From an uncultured Gemmatimonadota bacterium (GTDB lineage Bacteria; JAAXHH01): a stretch of DNA of 64,000 bases. Shown here one piece after another: positions 37,020-47,110 of this stretch. A model generated the notes under the pieces. It made no database searches. It was not told the origin of the DNA and was given only the letters and a program-made list of their open reading frames with translations. Location: NCBI GenBank assembly GCA_951812955.1, contig OX638340.1:1056001-1120000 (forward strand), written 5' to 3'. Both the position numbers and the translations under genes were made by a program. Numbering within the stretch: the first letter of the stretch is position 1; each line of letters begins with the position of its first letter.

Positions 37020-38102
37020 CTATGCGGCTTCGCGCTGCCTCGGGTCGAGGGCGTCGCGCAGTCCGTCTCCCAACAGGTTGTACAGGGTTACCGTGATGAA
37101 AATGGCGAATCCGGGCACGATCACCAGCCACCAGGCCGCGACATTGCTTCTTGCGCCGGCCAGCAGCGAGCCCCATGTGATGGCCTCGGCGGGTACGCCG
37201 ATGCCCAGGAAGCTCAATCCCGATTCGGCCAGGATGGCGCCGGCCACGCCGAACGCCGCGGGAATCAGCACGGGCGCGATGGCGTTGGGCAGGACGTGTA
37301 CCGCCATGATGCGCATGTTCGAACAGCCCAGGGCCCGTGCGGCCGCGATGTAGTCGAAGGCCCGGATCTGGAGGAACTGGGACCGGGTCAGCCGGGCGAT
37401 ACCCACCCATCCCGTGAATCCGATGATGATCATGATCCAGAAGAGACTCGGCGGGAAGAAGGCCGCCGCGGTGATAATCAGGAAGAAGGGAGGTATCGCC
37501 GCCCAGAGTTCGAACACCCGGGACAGAAACAGATCCGTCCATCCGCCGAGGAATCCCGCCAGCGCGCCGAGTCCCACGCCGATGAGCAGGGAAATGCCCA
37601 CCGAAACCAGCCCGATGGTCAGCGAGTACCGCGTGCCGTGAATAAGTCCGGACAGCACGTCACGGCCAAGACGGTCCGTGCCAAAGAGATGGGCGCCTCC
37701 CGGCCGTTCGTAGCGTTCGCCGAGCTGGATCTCGTCCGGCGCGTAGGGGATGATGGGAAACACCGCGTCGCTGTAGGCGTACCGCTTGAAGTTCTTCCGC
37801 GTCCGCAACTCCTCCGGCCAGTCCATCAGCCCGGTATACACCGCGTACTGGCGAAACGCAGGGAAGTAGGTTTCTCCCTCGTACACCATATAATACGGCT
37901 TGTTGCCGGCGACCAGGTCGGCAGAAAGCGCGACTATGGCCATGACAGCAAGGACATAGAGACTGTACAGCGCCGGACGGTTCTTGCGGAACTCCTTGCG
38001 CGTCAACCGCCAGAAGCTCTCGCCGCCTTCATTCATCACCGCATCGAAGGGCATGCCGTTCTCCGCCGTTTTTTCATTTCTGGTGTCCGGATTCGATCCC
38101 AC
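37020..38102 (-). CDS. ABC transporter permease (DppC/OppC-like)
   Basis: Polytopic membrane protein carrying the BPD-transport EAA-type loop. Confidence 0.8.
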   Translation of the reverse strand: MGSNPDTRNEKTAENGMPFDAVMNEGGESFWRLTRKEFRKNRPALYSLYVLAVMAIVALSADLVAGNKPYYMVYEGETYFPAFRQYAVYTGLMDWPEELRTRKNFKRYAYSDAVFPIIPYAPDEIQLGERYERPGGAHLFGTDRLGRDVLSGLIHGTRYSLTIGLVSVGISLLIGVGLGALAGFLGGWTDLFLSRVFELWAAIPPFFLIITAAAFFPPSLFWIMIIIGFTGWVGIARLTRSQFLQIRAFDYIAAARALGCSNMRIMAVHVLPNAIAPVLIPAAFGVAGAILAESGLSFLGIGVPAEAITWGSLLAGARSNVAAWWLVIVPGFAIFITVTLYNLLGDGLRDALDPRQREAA

Positions 38103-38112
38103 TGCCTATCTC

Positions 38113-39414
38113 CTAACCCTGCAACTGGTCGAAAGTGATTCTTGGATCGACTACTTTGAGCAGTATGTCCGCCACCAGGATGCCCAGGAGCGAAAGCAGG
38201 GAGCCGATGGTGAAAATCGCCATGACCATGGGATAGTCCCTGTTCAGCACCGACTCGAATCCGAGCAGTCCCATACCGGGTATGGTGAATATCGTTTCGA
38301 TGAACACGGACCCCGCGATCAAGGCCGGTAGCAACCCGGCGGACGTGGTCACGATCGGTATCAGGGAATTGCGGTACACGTGGCGCAGGATGACGACTTT
38401 TTCCGAAAGTCCCTTTGCCCGGGCGGTCCGCACGTAGTCCTGACGCAGGTTCTCCAGCATGCTTGTCCGCATGAATCGCGAAATCGTCGCGAAACTGATA
38501 TAGGCAGAGGCCAGCACGGGCAGAAACATGTGGTACATGTGATCCGTGAGGATTCGCCAGGTACTCCAGTCGCCGGAGGCTTCGAGCGACTGTATGCCCG
38601 ATGCCGGAAACCAGTAGAAGAACTCCCGGTTGCATAGGAATATGATCAGCAGCATGCCCACCCAGAAAGAGGGCATGGACCAGAGGACGAAAGTACCGGT
38701 CGTCAGTGCCCTGTCCGTGAGGGTATTTTGCTTGACCGCGAGCCAGACACCGAGGGGCAGGCCGACCAGGTAAGCGATGATGATGGCAATGATGTTGATC
38801 TCGAGGGTGACGGGCAGCCGCTCCATGATCCGGCCGATGACGGGCTGGTTGTCCTTGAAGGAACGGCCGAAATCCAGCGTGACGAAACGGTATCCAGCGA
38901 GTTTTGCGAGTTCGATACCCGCGCCCCTGTAGGTGTAGTTGCCCTCGGCGCTGAAGGTCCTACCTTCCCAGAAAGAAGATTGCTCCAACTCGCTTGACTC
39001 CGCTGGCGCCAAATCCCGCACAAGAACAAGGAACCGTTCTTTCTGGTCCGCTCTGTCCAGTCCAGCCAGCGCCCGGCGTTCCGACGCCTCGAGCCGTTCC
39101 AGCAACCCGTCCGCCCGCATTGCGCTTCGGTCGAAGGCGCTGATGGATTCGACTTTCAGGAAAAGCGAAGTGACCCAGTTGAAGTACTGTACGTGGACAG
39201 GCTGGTCCAGGCCCAGTTGCCTGCGCAGTTCCTGCCGTGTCTTCTCGATATCCTGCTGGCGGTCGGAAGCGAGTCCCTCGCCGCCGGCCACGCCGCCGAG
39301 GAACAGGTCCACGGGATCGCCAGGGGCGAGGTGCATAATGAAGAAGGATATCACCGTGATCCCGACTAGCGTGGGGACCATGAGCAGTGAGCGTTGAAGG
39401 ATGTAACCGAGCAT
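38113..39414 (-). CDS. ABC transporter permease (DppB/OppB-like) with an enlarged periplasmic loop
   Basis: 433 aa, about 100 aa longer than typical, with a charged insertion after TM1. Confidence 0.8.
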   Translation of the reverse strand: MLGYILQRSLLMVPTLVGITVISFFIMHLAPGDPVDLFLGGVAGGEGLASDRQQDIEKTRQELRRQLGLDQPVHVQYFNWVTSLFLKVESISAFDRSAMRADGLLERLEASERRALAGLDRADQKERFLVLVRDLAPAESSELEQSSFWEGRTFSAEGNYTYRGAGIELAKLAGYRFVTLDFGRSFKDNQPVIGRIMERLPVTLEINIIAIIIAYLVGLPLGVWLAVKQNTLTDRALTTGTFVLWSMPSFWVGMLLIIFLCNREFFYWFPASGIQSLEASGDWSTWRILTDHMYHMFLPVLASAYISFATISRFMRTSMLENLRQDYVRTARAKGLSEKVVILRHVYRNSLIPIVTTSAGLLPALIAGSVFIETIFTIPGMGLLGFESVLNRDYPMVMAIFTIGSLLSLLGILVADILLKVVDPRITFDQLQG

Positions 39415-39490
39415 AGGTGCCTATGATCCTGGTCTGGATCATGGTCGGTTGCGCGTCATCACGGGTGCGGACAGGTGCTGGAACGTGCGA

Positions 39491-41350
39491 TTACTGATAC
39501 ATCCGGTCGGTGGGCTCTACCCACCATTCCTGGTTCACGGCGCCGGCCGGATACCAGTTTACGCCATGAAAGCGCCGGCTGTACGCACTGACGACGCGCG
39601 ATTTCCATAGAAAGGTATAGGGTTGTTCCTCGTGGAGGATCTCCTGGAAACGCCGATATAATTCAATCCGCCGGTCCATGTCGAAATCCGTCCGGTAGAC
39701 TTCGAGGATCCCATCGGATTCCTCGTTCCTGAAACTGACGAAGTTCGATCCATTCCCTTCGATCTGCGACGAATGCCAGATCTGGTAGGCATCCGGCGGG
39801 AAACGCAGACCCGTTCCGCCGCTCCAACCGAGCGTCACGGCAGCGAAATCCTTGTCCTTCACCCTTTCAAGGAATATGGACCAGTCCAATTCGCGGACCT
39901 GGCAATCGATGCCGAGGTCTTCCAGGGCGCTCTGAAGCGTCAGCGCGATGTCCTTCCTGAGCTGGTTTCCCGAATTGACGAGGAACTCGAAACGGAAGGG
40001 AATCCTTTCGCCGTCGATCTCCTTGTCGAGAATCCCGTCTTTGTCCGAATCCGACCATCCTGCCTCGTTCAGGAGAGACAGGGCCAGGTCCGGGTCGAAA
40101 GCGTAGGCTTGCAGGTCGTGATTGTATTCGGGCCGGAACTTGTGAATAGGACTTTCGACCGGCTCCGCGAGTCCAAAAAGCAGGTTGCGCACCATGGATT
40201 CGCGATCTGTAAGATGGGTCATCGCCTGTCTGACCCGCCGGTCCCGGAATATGGGATGGTCGTTGTTCCACCCGATATACGTGTAGCCGCCCGCGTACTG
40301 AATGCCCTTCATGAATCGGTCTGTGAAGCCGGGGGACCAGCTCTTCTCCTTGAACTCGAGGGGCTTCATCCCGTGGAGATCGAGGTTGCCGTTGGTCAGT
40401 TCGATGAAGGCGGCGTCCTGGTTGTTTATAATCTTGAAGACTACCTTGTCCACGTTTCCGGCGGGGGGGAGCCCGTCCACTTCCCGGCCCCAGTAGTTCT
40501 CGTTACGACTGAGTACCACCCGCTGTCCGGTGAGCACGTCATTCTCCCAGTCCGCCACGCCGTAGGGCCCCGAACCAAGCATGCGCCGGTTGAAGTCCTG
40601 GTTGAACCGTTCGCCGAATTGCCGTACCCGGTCCGCGTGTTCACCCGCTTCCCAGCTTCCGTCGATGAGGGTCCCGATCGGCACCGGATCCAGCAGGCCG
40701 TCCGGATCATAGAAGTGACGCGGAAGGATATCGAAGCTGCCGAGGAAGAGATCGTTCAGGATGTAGGGTTCCCTGCATTCGAAACTGATCTCGTAATCGC
40801 CCAGCTTCCTGACGTTGACGATCGACGCATAATAGTTACGGAGGTGAGGCGCCCGCACGGTCGGGGTCAGGATGGTCTTGATGCTGAAGAGCACGTCATC
40901 CGCCGTCAGGTGAACGCCGTCCGCAAAATGGACGTTCTCGCGCAGACGGAAGGTATAGGTGAGCTTGTCTTCCGATACGGTCGGATAGTCGACCGCGATA
41001 TATCCACGCTGGGTGTAGGGCGGATCGTAGTCCGGCTCCAGCAGGGATTCGAAGACGTAGGTGTGAACCTGCGTGGCGCCCTGGTCGCTCGACGTGTAAG
41101 GATTGAAGTTTTCGGGATCGGACAGTGCGTGGCGTACCATCCAGTCGCCGAACTCCGGTTCGTCCGTCCCTGCGTATTTCAGCTCCGCCTTCTCCGTTCC
41201 GTCCAGCACGACGATATCCCTCGATTCAGACAGGATCGCCTGAACCTTGTTCCAGGGATCTTCCGTCGTTTCGCCGCCGCCGCAGGCGAACTGCATGGCG
41301 AATAAACAAACCGCAACGGCCTTTGCCGCTGTACCCATAATCTTACGCAT
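39491..41350 (-). CDS. ABC transporter substrate-binding protein, family 5 (peptide/nickel), lipoprotein
   Basis: Signal peptide with lipobox (LFAMQFACGGG) and SBP_bac_5-like length. Start trimmed to MRKIMGT. Confidence 0.8.
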   Translation of the reverse strand: MRKIMGTAAKAVAVCLFAMQFACGGGETTEDPWNKVQAILSESRDIVVLDGTEKAELKYAGTDEPEFGDWMVRHALSDPENFNPYTSSDQGATQVHTYVFESLLEPDYDPPYTQRGYIAVDYPTVSEDKLTYTFRLRENVHFADGVHLTADDVLFSIKTILTPTVRAPHLRNYYASIVNVRKLGDYEISFECREPYILNDLFLGSFDILPRHFYDPDGLLDPVPIGTLIDGSWEAGEHADRVRQFGERFNQDFNRRMLGSGPYGVADWENDVLTGQRVVLSRNENYWGREVDGLPPAGNVDKVVFKIINNQDAAFIELTNGNLDLHGMKPLEFKEKSWSPGFTDRFMKGIQYAGGYTYIGWNNDHPIFRDRRVRQAMTHLTDRESMVRNLLFGLAEPVESPIHKFRPEYNHDLQAYAFDPDLALSLLNEAGWSDSDKDGILDKEIDGERIPFRFEFLVNSGNQLRKDIALTLQSALEDLGIDCQVRELDWSIFLERVKDKDFAAVTLGWSGGTGLRFPPDAYQIWHSSQIEGNGSNFVSFRNEESDGILEVYRTDFDMDRRIELYRRFQEILHEEQPYTFLWKSRVVSAYSRRFHGVNWYPAGAVNQEWWVEPTDRMYQ

Positions 41351-41421
41351 TTCGTCGTACCTCCAAGCGCTTCCAGTGCGCCATGAATTGTCCACTCACA
41401 GTCCGGTGAACTTCCGCTGGA

Positions 41422-42411
41422 CTACCTTCCCAGGCCCTTTTCCTCGAAATCCACCACGATCTTGATACATTCTCCCTTGCGTTTCGTGGCCATTTCGAAG
41501 CCTTCCTGGACCCTGGCGAAGGGCAGTTTATGAGAGATCATTGGCGAAACGTCGACGCGGCCCTCGCCAATCATGCGCATGGCGCTGGCAAAGTCGATAT
41601 GTATATCCGGTCCCACGGAAGTCGTCAGTTGCAGGTTCTTTCGAAAAAGTTCCATCATATCGACCGTGTACCGCGATGTCTTGGGCACGCCGAAGTTGAT
41701 GAACCGGGCATCCTGCCTGGCCAGTTGGACGCACAGGTTGAAGGTCTCCTCTATGCCCACGACTTCGATCACCGCGTCTGCCATACGCCCATCGGTGATC
41801 TCGTTCACGGCCTCCACCGGATCGGTACTCGCCGTGTTCACGGTGTGGGTCGCCCCCATCTCCTTCGCGGCGGCAAGCCGGTTGTCGTGCTGGTCTATAC
41901 CGATGATCAGTGCCGCGCCGAGGTTCCGCATCATGGCCGTGAAGAGCAGACCCATGGGACCCTGGCCGACTATTGCGACCTCCGCGTTGAACCAGTGGCC
42001 CAGTTTACGCAGGCAATATATCACGGTACCCAGGGGCTGGGCCATAAGCGACTGCTCCTGGGCCACACCTTCCGGCAGGGGGGTCACGGACGCGCCGAAT
42101 CCAAGGAAATACTCGGCCATGGCGCTCGAGCCGGAAGGCAGGGCCAGGACGAGGTCGCCTTCCCGGCATCCACGCGCCCACGATTTCTCGATGACGCCTA
42201 TACTCTCATGCAGGGATACGCCCGGGGTCGCGGGATAGTTTGCCGGGCCCGTAAACAACGGATGGTCGCTACCGCAAATGGCGGCGTTTACGGTTCGCAC
42301 GAGCACCATGTCCTTGAGCGCGTCCGGATTGGTGCGTTCCAGCGCGAGGTCCGGCCGTTCCGCTTCCACGATTTCGATGCGTTCCTGAGCGACCACCTGT
42401 CCCGCTTTCAT
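41422..42411 (-). CDS. Zinc-dependent medium-chain alcohol dehydrogenase (threonine/sorbitol dehydrogenase-like)
   Basis: AAICGSDHPLF zinc motif and Rossmann motif GQGPMGLL. Confidence 0.8.
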   Translation of the reverse strand: MKAGQVVAQERIEIVEAERPDLALERTNPDALKDMVLVRTVNAAICGSDHPLFTGPANYPATPGVSLHESIGVIEKSWARGCREGDLVLALPSGSSAMAEYFLGFGASVTPLPEGVAQEQSLMAQPLGTVIYCLRKLGHWFNAEVAIVGQGPMGLLFTAMMRNLGAALIIGIDQHDNRLAAAKEMGATHTVNTASTDPVEAVNEITDGRMADAVIEVVGIEETFNLCVQLARQDARFINFGVPKTSRYTVDMMELFRKNLQLTTSVGPDIHIDFASAMRMIGEGRVDVSPMISHKLPFARVQEGFEMATKRKGECIKIVVDFEEKGLGR

Positions 42412-42663
42412 CGAATGTCCTTTCTGTCAACCGATTTGGCAAATCTCTGTCAACTGGTACGATAAATCCGGGCGGCAGACGGGTGTGACCGCGTATGGTG
42501 CTTCCCGAACGATACCGAATTTCGTGATGGTGACGAAGAATCGGACCGGGCCGGGTGCGACCCGTCCACCCCCTGGATCCCTGGACCCGACGCATCTCCC
42601 TGAATGTACCCACACCTCGGGTATTGTCAAACCGAAATGGTCTCGGCGGCAGGGCCTGTGCCA

Positions 42664-44355
42664 CTACCGCCCGCCGTCTCCGATATAGATATCGAAATAG
42701 CCCGTGTTGTTGCCCCAGAAGGGGTATTCGCCGTCACGGTCCCGCTTGATGCCCTTGAGCCAGGGTTTACGCAGTGAAGCCTTCTTGCCGTAATACAGAA
42801 ATACGGCGCCAGCATCCTCGGAAAGGATCCGCTGTGCCTCGTCGTAGAGTTGAAATCGCCTGACCTCGTCCATCTCCGAAGCCGCTTCGTCCACGAGGCG
42901 GTCGAATGCAGCGTTTATCCAAGGGTGGCGGCTGTATCCGGCCGGCTGGGACCGCCAGACCATGGCGAGCATGTTGTTGGGATCCGGGTAGTCGTAGTGA
43001 TACTGAATCAGGCTGAAGGGGATCTTTCGCTGGTACTGGGCGGTCCGGTAGGAGATGTTCTCGACGACACGTATAGACATGTCGATGCCCAGGTGGGTCT
43101 TGAGCATCTCCTGAATGGCCTGGCCGACCTGCTGCCTGGCCATGTTGTTGATCCACATCTCGATCCGGGGGAACCCGCGTCCTTCCGGGTAACCCGCCTC
43201 CCGCAGGCGCAGTCTGGCCAGGTCCGGATCGAATCGCTGGATGTCCCTGTACTTGCCGCCGGCGTAGCCGGGAAATCCAGGCGGAAGCATGGAATAGGCG
43301 GGCTCGCCCAGGTCCTGAAGAAGCACCCTGCAGATAACCTGCCGGTCGATCGCGTGACTGATCGCCTGGCGCACCTTCAGATTGCCAAAAGGTGCATAGT
43401 CCGCGTTGAAGAAGAGGAAATGGGTCATGAAATCCTTGCTGACGTCCAGTTCCCCCGAAAGCCTCGGATGACTCTTGACGCGGGGAAGATCGATGGGGGT
43501 TACGTCCTGCATGTCGATCTCGTCGTTTTCGTAGGACAGCGTGCCGCCGGCCATCATTCGGGTATCCAGGAACTTGCCGACGATCCGTTCCACGTACCCT
43601 TTATGTGGACCGTTGTAGTTGGGATCCAGCACGAATTCGAATCGGGATCCGTGATCCCACGAATCCAGCTTGAAGGTGGAGTTGGTCACGAACCGGCCGG
43701 CCTCGGACCAACCCTGCCCGTATTTCTCCACCTGCCAGCGGGGCACCGGTACGGAGGTGGGAAAAGAGGCGATATAGGGGAGATAGGGACAGGGCAGCGT
43801 GGTACGAATTACCAGCGTGTGGTCATCGATGGCCTTCACGCCGACGGAATCCGCGTTCCGGGTCAATCCCTGGTTGAAGGCTTTAGCCCCTTCTATCTCG
43901 TAGTAAAAGGACGCGTTTCTGTTCGCGCTGGCCGGATCGACCATCCGCTTGAAGGCATATTCGAAATCGTGCGCGGTGACGGGTCTGCCGTCGCTCCACT
44001 TCGCGCCCCTGCGCAGATGGAAAGTCCAGCGCGTTCCGTCGGGAGATGGCTCCCATCGATCGGCCGCAGCCGGCAGCAACTCGTTATTGTGGTCAAGCCG
44101 GGTAAGGCCTTCGAAGGAAAACACCGCACCGGTGGCCTCGTAGACGGCGATCCCGATATCGAGCGTGGTGGGCTCGGGCAGGTGAAAGGAGAAAACCTGC
44201 CGCGCGAGGGGCGCCGCATCCAAAGGCATGGTCTTGCCGACCGCATTGACAGGCTGCGTGGCAGGTCCTGGATGGGCGGAATCGTCTTGTGCGAATTGAA
44301 GGACCGGAATAATGAGCAGGAGAATGCACAGAAGGAGGCCTGGATTCACACGCAC
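42664..44355 (-). CDS. Second ABC substrate-binding protein, family 5 (peptide-binding)
   Basis: Signal peptide MRVNPGLLLCILLLIIPVLQFAQ. 563 aa, SBP_bac_5-like. Confidence 0.8.
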   Translation of the reverse strand: MRVNPGLLLCILLLIIPVLQFAQDDSAHPGPATQPVNAVGKTMPLDAAPLARQVFSFHLPEPTTLDIGIAVYEATGAVFSFEGLTRLDHNNELLPAAADRWEPSPDGTRWTFHLRRGAKWSDGRPVTAHDFEYAFKRMVDPASANRNASFYYEIEGAKAFNQGLTRNADSVGVKAIDDHTLVIRTTLPCPYLPYIASFPTSVPVPRWQVEKYGQGWSEAGRFVTNSTFKLDSWDHGSRFEFVLDPNYNGPHKGYVERIVGKFLDTRMMAGGTLSYENDEIDMQDVTPIDLPRVKSHPRLSGELDVSKDFMTHFLFFNADYAPFGNLKVRQAISHAIDRQVICRVLLQDLGEPAYSMLPPGFPGYAGGKYRDIQRFDPDLARLRLREAGYPEGRGFPRIEMWINNMARQQVGQAIQEMLKTHLGIDMSIRVVENISYRTAQYQRKIPFSLIQYHYDYPDPNNMLAMVWRSQPAGYSRHPWINAAFDRLVDEAASEMDEVRRFQLYDEAQRILSEDAGAVFLYYGKKASLRKPWLKGIKRDRDGEYPFWGNNTGYFDIYIGDGGR

Positions 44356-44409
44356 CTCGCAGGTATTGACCGGGGCTGTGCCGCTGTCCCGAACCTGTCC
44401 ATTTCCTCG

Positions 44410-45606
44410 TTATCCGGCGAAAATGGCACGGTTCGAAATGCCTGACCGGTAGTTCGCCTGTTGAACGCCGCCGATGAACTGGGCGGTGCGGCCCGCGGGC
44501 GCCGTGCCTTCGTACCACGCGCTGAACGACGCGTTGAAATCCTGTATCCAGGCTCTGTTCGCTTCGGAATCGTCGCCGGCGACCACGTAGGCGTTGTTGA
44601 ATATGCCGTCCTCTTTAAGCCCGTTTCCGCCCGCCTCCCTGATGCGCGCATCCAGCGTGGATAGCTGACGGGCCGCATCGTCGCCGCCCACGGCGCTGGA
44701 CATGACTTCGGATACGCCGCCGTACCGGATCGAGTTCCACGTGCTAAAACCATCCTCCAGTACCCCGGAGCGCGTGATGTTCACGTCGCCTGAGACCACG
44801 CGGGGCTGGGGTTCGACGATGCCGTCCAGGTTCGGGATCCGGGAGACCGGGTAGATCAGCCCGGCCGGCCGGTCGTCGCCGTAGTATTCCTCGAAGACCC
44901 GCCTTACCGTCTCTATTCTCTCCCAGGTTTTTTCGGGCGCATCATCAACAGCCACAAGGATTTCCATCCAGACCGTCTGCTTCCTGAAATCGACGCCGGC
45001 CTCGGCAAGGGGCTTCTCGTAGTGCTCGTCCAGCACGAAGGCCGTTTCCTCCGCCAGGTCGGACCCCAGGGATGCAACGACCTCGCCGTTGCGGGTGTGC
45101 ATGACCGACGCCCCGCTCGGCTGATGGTCCCGCCAGTATCCATAGTCGATCACGCCGTCTCCAATGGTTACGTTCTCGCCGCGGACGGCCTTGATCTGGA
45201 CCTCGAACAGCGCTACGGGATCCGGGAAGCCCTCCGGGTGGGTGAAACGCGCCATGCGGTTGGACCGGAGCGGACCGCCGGTCACAGCGTCTATCATCGG
45301 TGCGTAAATGGCGTTGTAGTCGTCCTTCATCCGGTCACAGGCGTCCCGGTCGCTCGAGGGCGTGGTCCACAGAACGTCTGTCTTGTAGACGTCCGACCAG
45401 CTCACGCCGCAGGTCACCAGGTTCTTGTTCAGGTTCTCTATGGTGCCGAACCACTCGGAACCGATGTCATTCGGATACTGCGTGCCCACGTTGCCACTCG
45501 GCTCGATCAGGCGGAAGACCTGGTTGTGGTCGTCCTTGACGAGTACTTCTGTGGGATTGGAAAAAATGGCGATGGGATTGTGTCTGACGATGCTGACCTG
45601 TGCCAT
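44410..45606 (-). CDS. Hypothetical protein, possibly three tandem RidA/YjgF-like domains
   Basis: Three ~130-aa segments, each ending in a RidA-like C-terminal pattern (ARFTHPEGFPDPVALFEVQIKAV; ...RIPNLDGIVEPQPRVV; ...AQFIGGVQQANYRSGISNRAIFAG). Confidence 0.35.
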   Translation of the reverse strand: MAQVSIVRHNPIAIFSNPTEVLVKDDHNQVFRLIEPSGNVGTQYPNDIGSEWFGTIENLNKNLVTCGVSWSDVYKTDVLWTTPSSDRDACDRMKDDYNAIYAPMIDAVTGGPLRSNRMARFTHPEGFPDPVALFEVQIKAVRGENVTIGDGVIDYGYWRDHQPSGASVMHTRNGEVVASLGSDLAEETAFVLDEHYEKPLAEAGVDFRKQTVWMEILVAVDDAPEKTWERIETVRRVFEEYYGDDRPAGLIYPVSRIPNLDGIVEPQPRVVSGDVNITRSGVLEDGFSTWNSIRYGGVSEVMSSAVGGDDAARQLSTLDARIREAGGNGLKEDGIFNNAYVVAGDDSEANRAWIQDFNASFSAWYEGTAPAGRTAQFIGGVQQANYRSGISNRAIFAG

Positions 45607-45741
45607 GCAAGGATGTCCTTTCTGATCGGATGCTGCTGAAACCGGGGCTTGCGGGTGAGCGGGTTCTGTCGATTGTACAGATCGTAGAAATTACATCCTC
45701 AAGCGGTTTGATTCAAGATTAATCGGGGAAAAGGCAATGGA

Positions 45742-46980
45742 CTATCCCCGGCAGTACCTGGCGAAAACCGCAACATGCTCCCGGGCGACATCCCCGTCAT
45801 CCGGAAGGCCGGTGATGTTGAGGCGGCAGCGTCCCGGCGTAAACACCGGATAGAGGTGGGCGCCGTAGATCGCCTCCTGGGCCTCCTCTCCGACGCGTGG
45901 ATTGCGGAACAGGCCGGCATAGCGGTCCGTAAACAACTCGGCGAGCATTGTTCCGGCGGATCTTTCCTTCCACGTGTGCTCCGCCGAGGCAACGCGCCGC
46001 AGAATGTCGGCGTGTTCAAGTTCCAGGGCTTCCAGGTCATGGACCAATGCCGATACAAAGGCCCGCGTAACGGGATGTTCGAATGACGAACCCCGGGCGC
46101 GCGTCACCGTATTGGCGAGGGCGTCCACTTCCTCCGGCCGGTACTCGTCGGGCATGTGCGCCAGTAGCATCCCGCACGGGCGGAGCGCGAAGGTGCCGAA
46201 GGCTTTGGTTGGGCTAACGGACACCCAGAAGGGCACGTCGTGCTCGATGAAGGGCCGGATCTGGTCGTTGTAACTCATGGTCATGATCGCGTCGTAGCCG
46301 CGGGTATCGAGCACACGGGCATATTCGAAACCCGAGTAGGCCCGGTCCAGCAGGACGGGGTGTCCTTTAGCGGCAGCGGCCCGCCCTTCCATGATCTCCC
46401 GGGACTGAACGCGGCCGGTGGTGTTCATCGGACCCGCCTGATAGACCCGCAGCAGGTCCGGTCCATCCATTACCTCGCCGATGGGAAACTCGCGGCACGA
46501 GATCCTGCTCATCCGGGCGATGGCCTTGTACGCGGGCCAGGACAGTTCTTCCACGCCGATCGCCCGAAGTTCCGGGAACAGTTGCAAGGCCATCTCGACG
46601 GCCGTTTTCACCGCACCGGTGCCCGCGTCCGAGGGGATCAACAGCGAGAAGCGATCCCAGTATACCTGGGGGATGCGTTGCCATCGCAACACGGCCTCCT
46701 TCAACGGAGCGGCGAGGGAAGCCGTGCTCATGTATTCTCCGAGCAGGCTGTTGCCGATTTCAACCCTGGCATGTTTCAACAGCGTTTCGGAGGTCGGCCA
46801 GGCCCGGCCCTGCCCGTCCACTACGATGCCGATACCGTAGTTGTATCCATCGGGGTCCCGGTCGCACACGATCTTAGCGATCTGGTTGGCGTCCTTGCCC
46901 TGGGCGCTCAGCGCTTCCGCCGTGCGCCGGACTGCGGAACCGTAAGAGGAGGTCATGATTGCACCGTTTTCCGTGAACAT
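45742..46980 (-). CDS. Aspartate-aminotransferase-like PLP-dependent enzyme (fold type I)
   Basis: SPTKAFGTFALRPCG resembles the AAT PLP-lysine block (SFSKNFGLYGERVG). 412 aa. Confidence 0.5.
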   Translation of the reverse strand: MFTENGAIMTSSYGSAVRRTAEALSAQGKDANQIAKIVCDRDPDGYNYGIGIVVDGQGRAWPTSETLLKHARVEIGNSLLGEYMSTASLAAPLKEAVLRWQRIPQVYWDRFSLLIPSDAGTGAVKTAVEMALQLFPELRAIGVEELSWPAYKAIARMSRISCREFPIGEVMDGPDLLRVYQAGPMNTTGRVQSREIMEGRAAAAKGHPVLLDRAYSGFEYARVLDTRGYDAIMTMSYNDQIRPFIEHDVPFWVSVSPTKAFGTFALRPCGMLLAHMPDEYRPEEVDALANTVTRARGSSFEHPVTRAFVSALVHDLEALELEHADILRRVASAEHTWKERSAGTMLAELFTDRYAGLFRNPRVGEEAQEAIYGAHLYPVFTPGRCRLNITGLPDDGDVAREHVAVFARYCRG

Positions 46981-47110
46981 CTATGGTCGGTGGCGTATAC
47001 CTGGCCCGACAAAGGGATGATCGTTGCTGAACAGGAATGACCTGGCGTGTTCATTTCGACTTGAAACCCATCGGCGAATCGGCTGTTTAGTCCCCGCGTA
47101 AGGGTCAGGA

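Noticed and set aside
39773-41305. 510-aa plus-strand ORF opposite the family-5 SBP gene
   Set aside because: Antisense to a well-supported lipoprotein SBP, with arginine/valine-rich GC-frame composition.
42850-44445. 531-aa plus-strand ORF opposite the second SBP gene
   Set aside because: Same antisense artefact pattern. The minus-strand gene has a signal peptide and SBP architecture.
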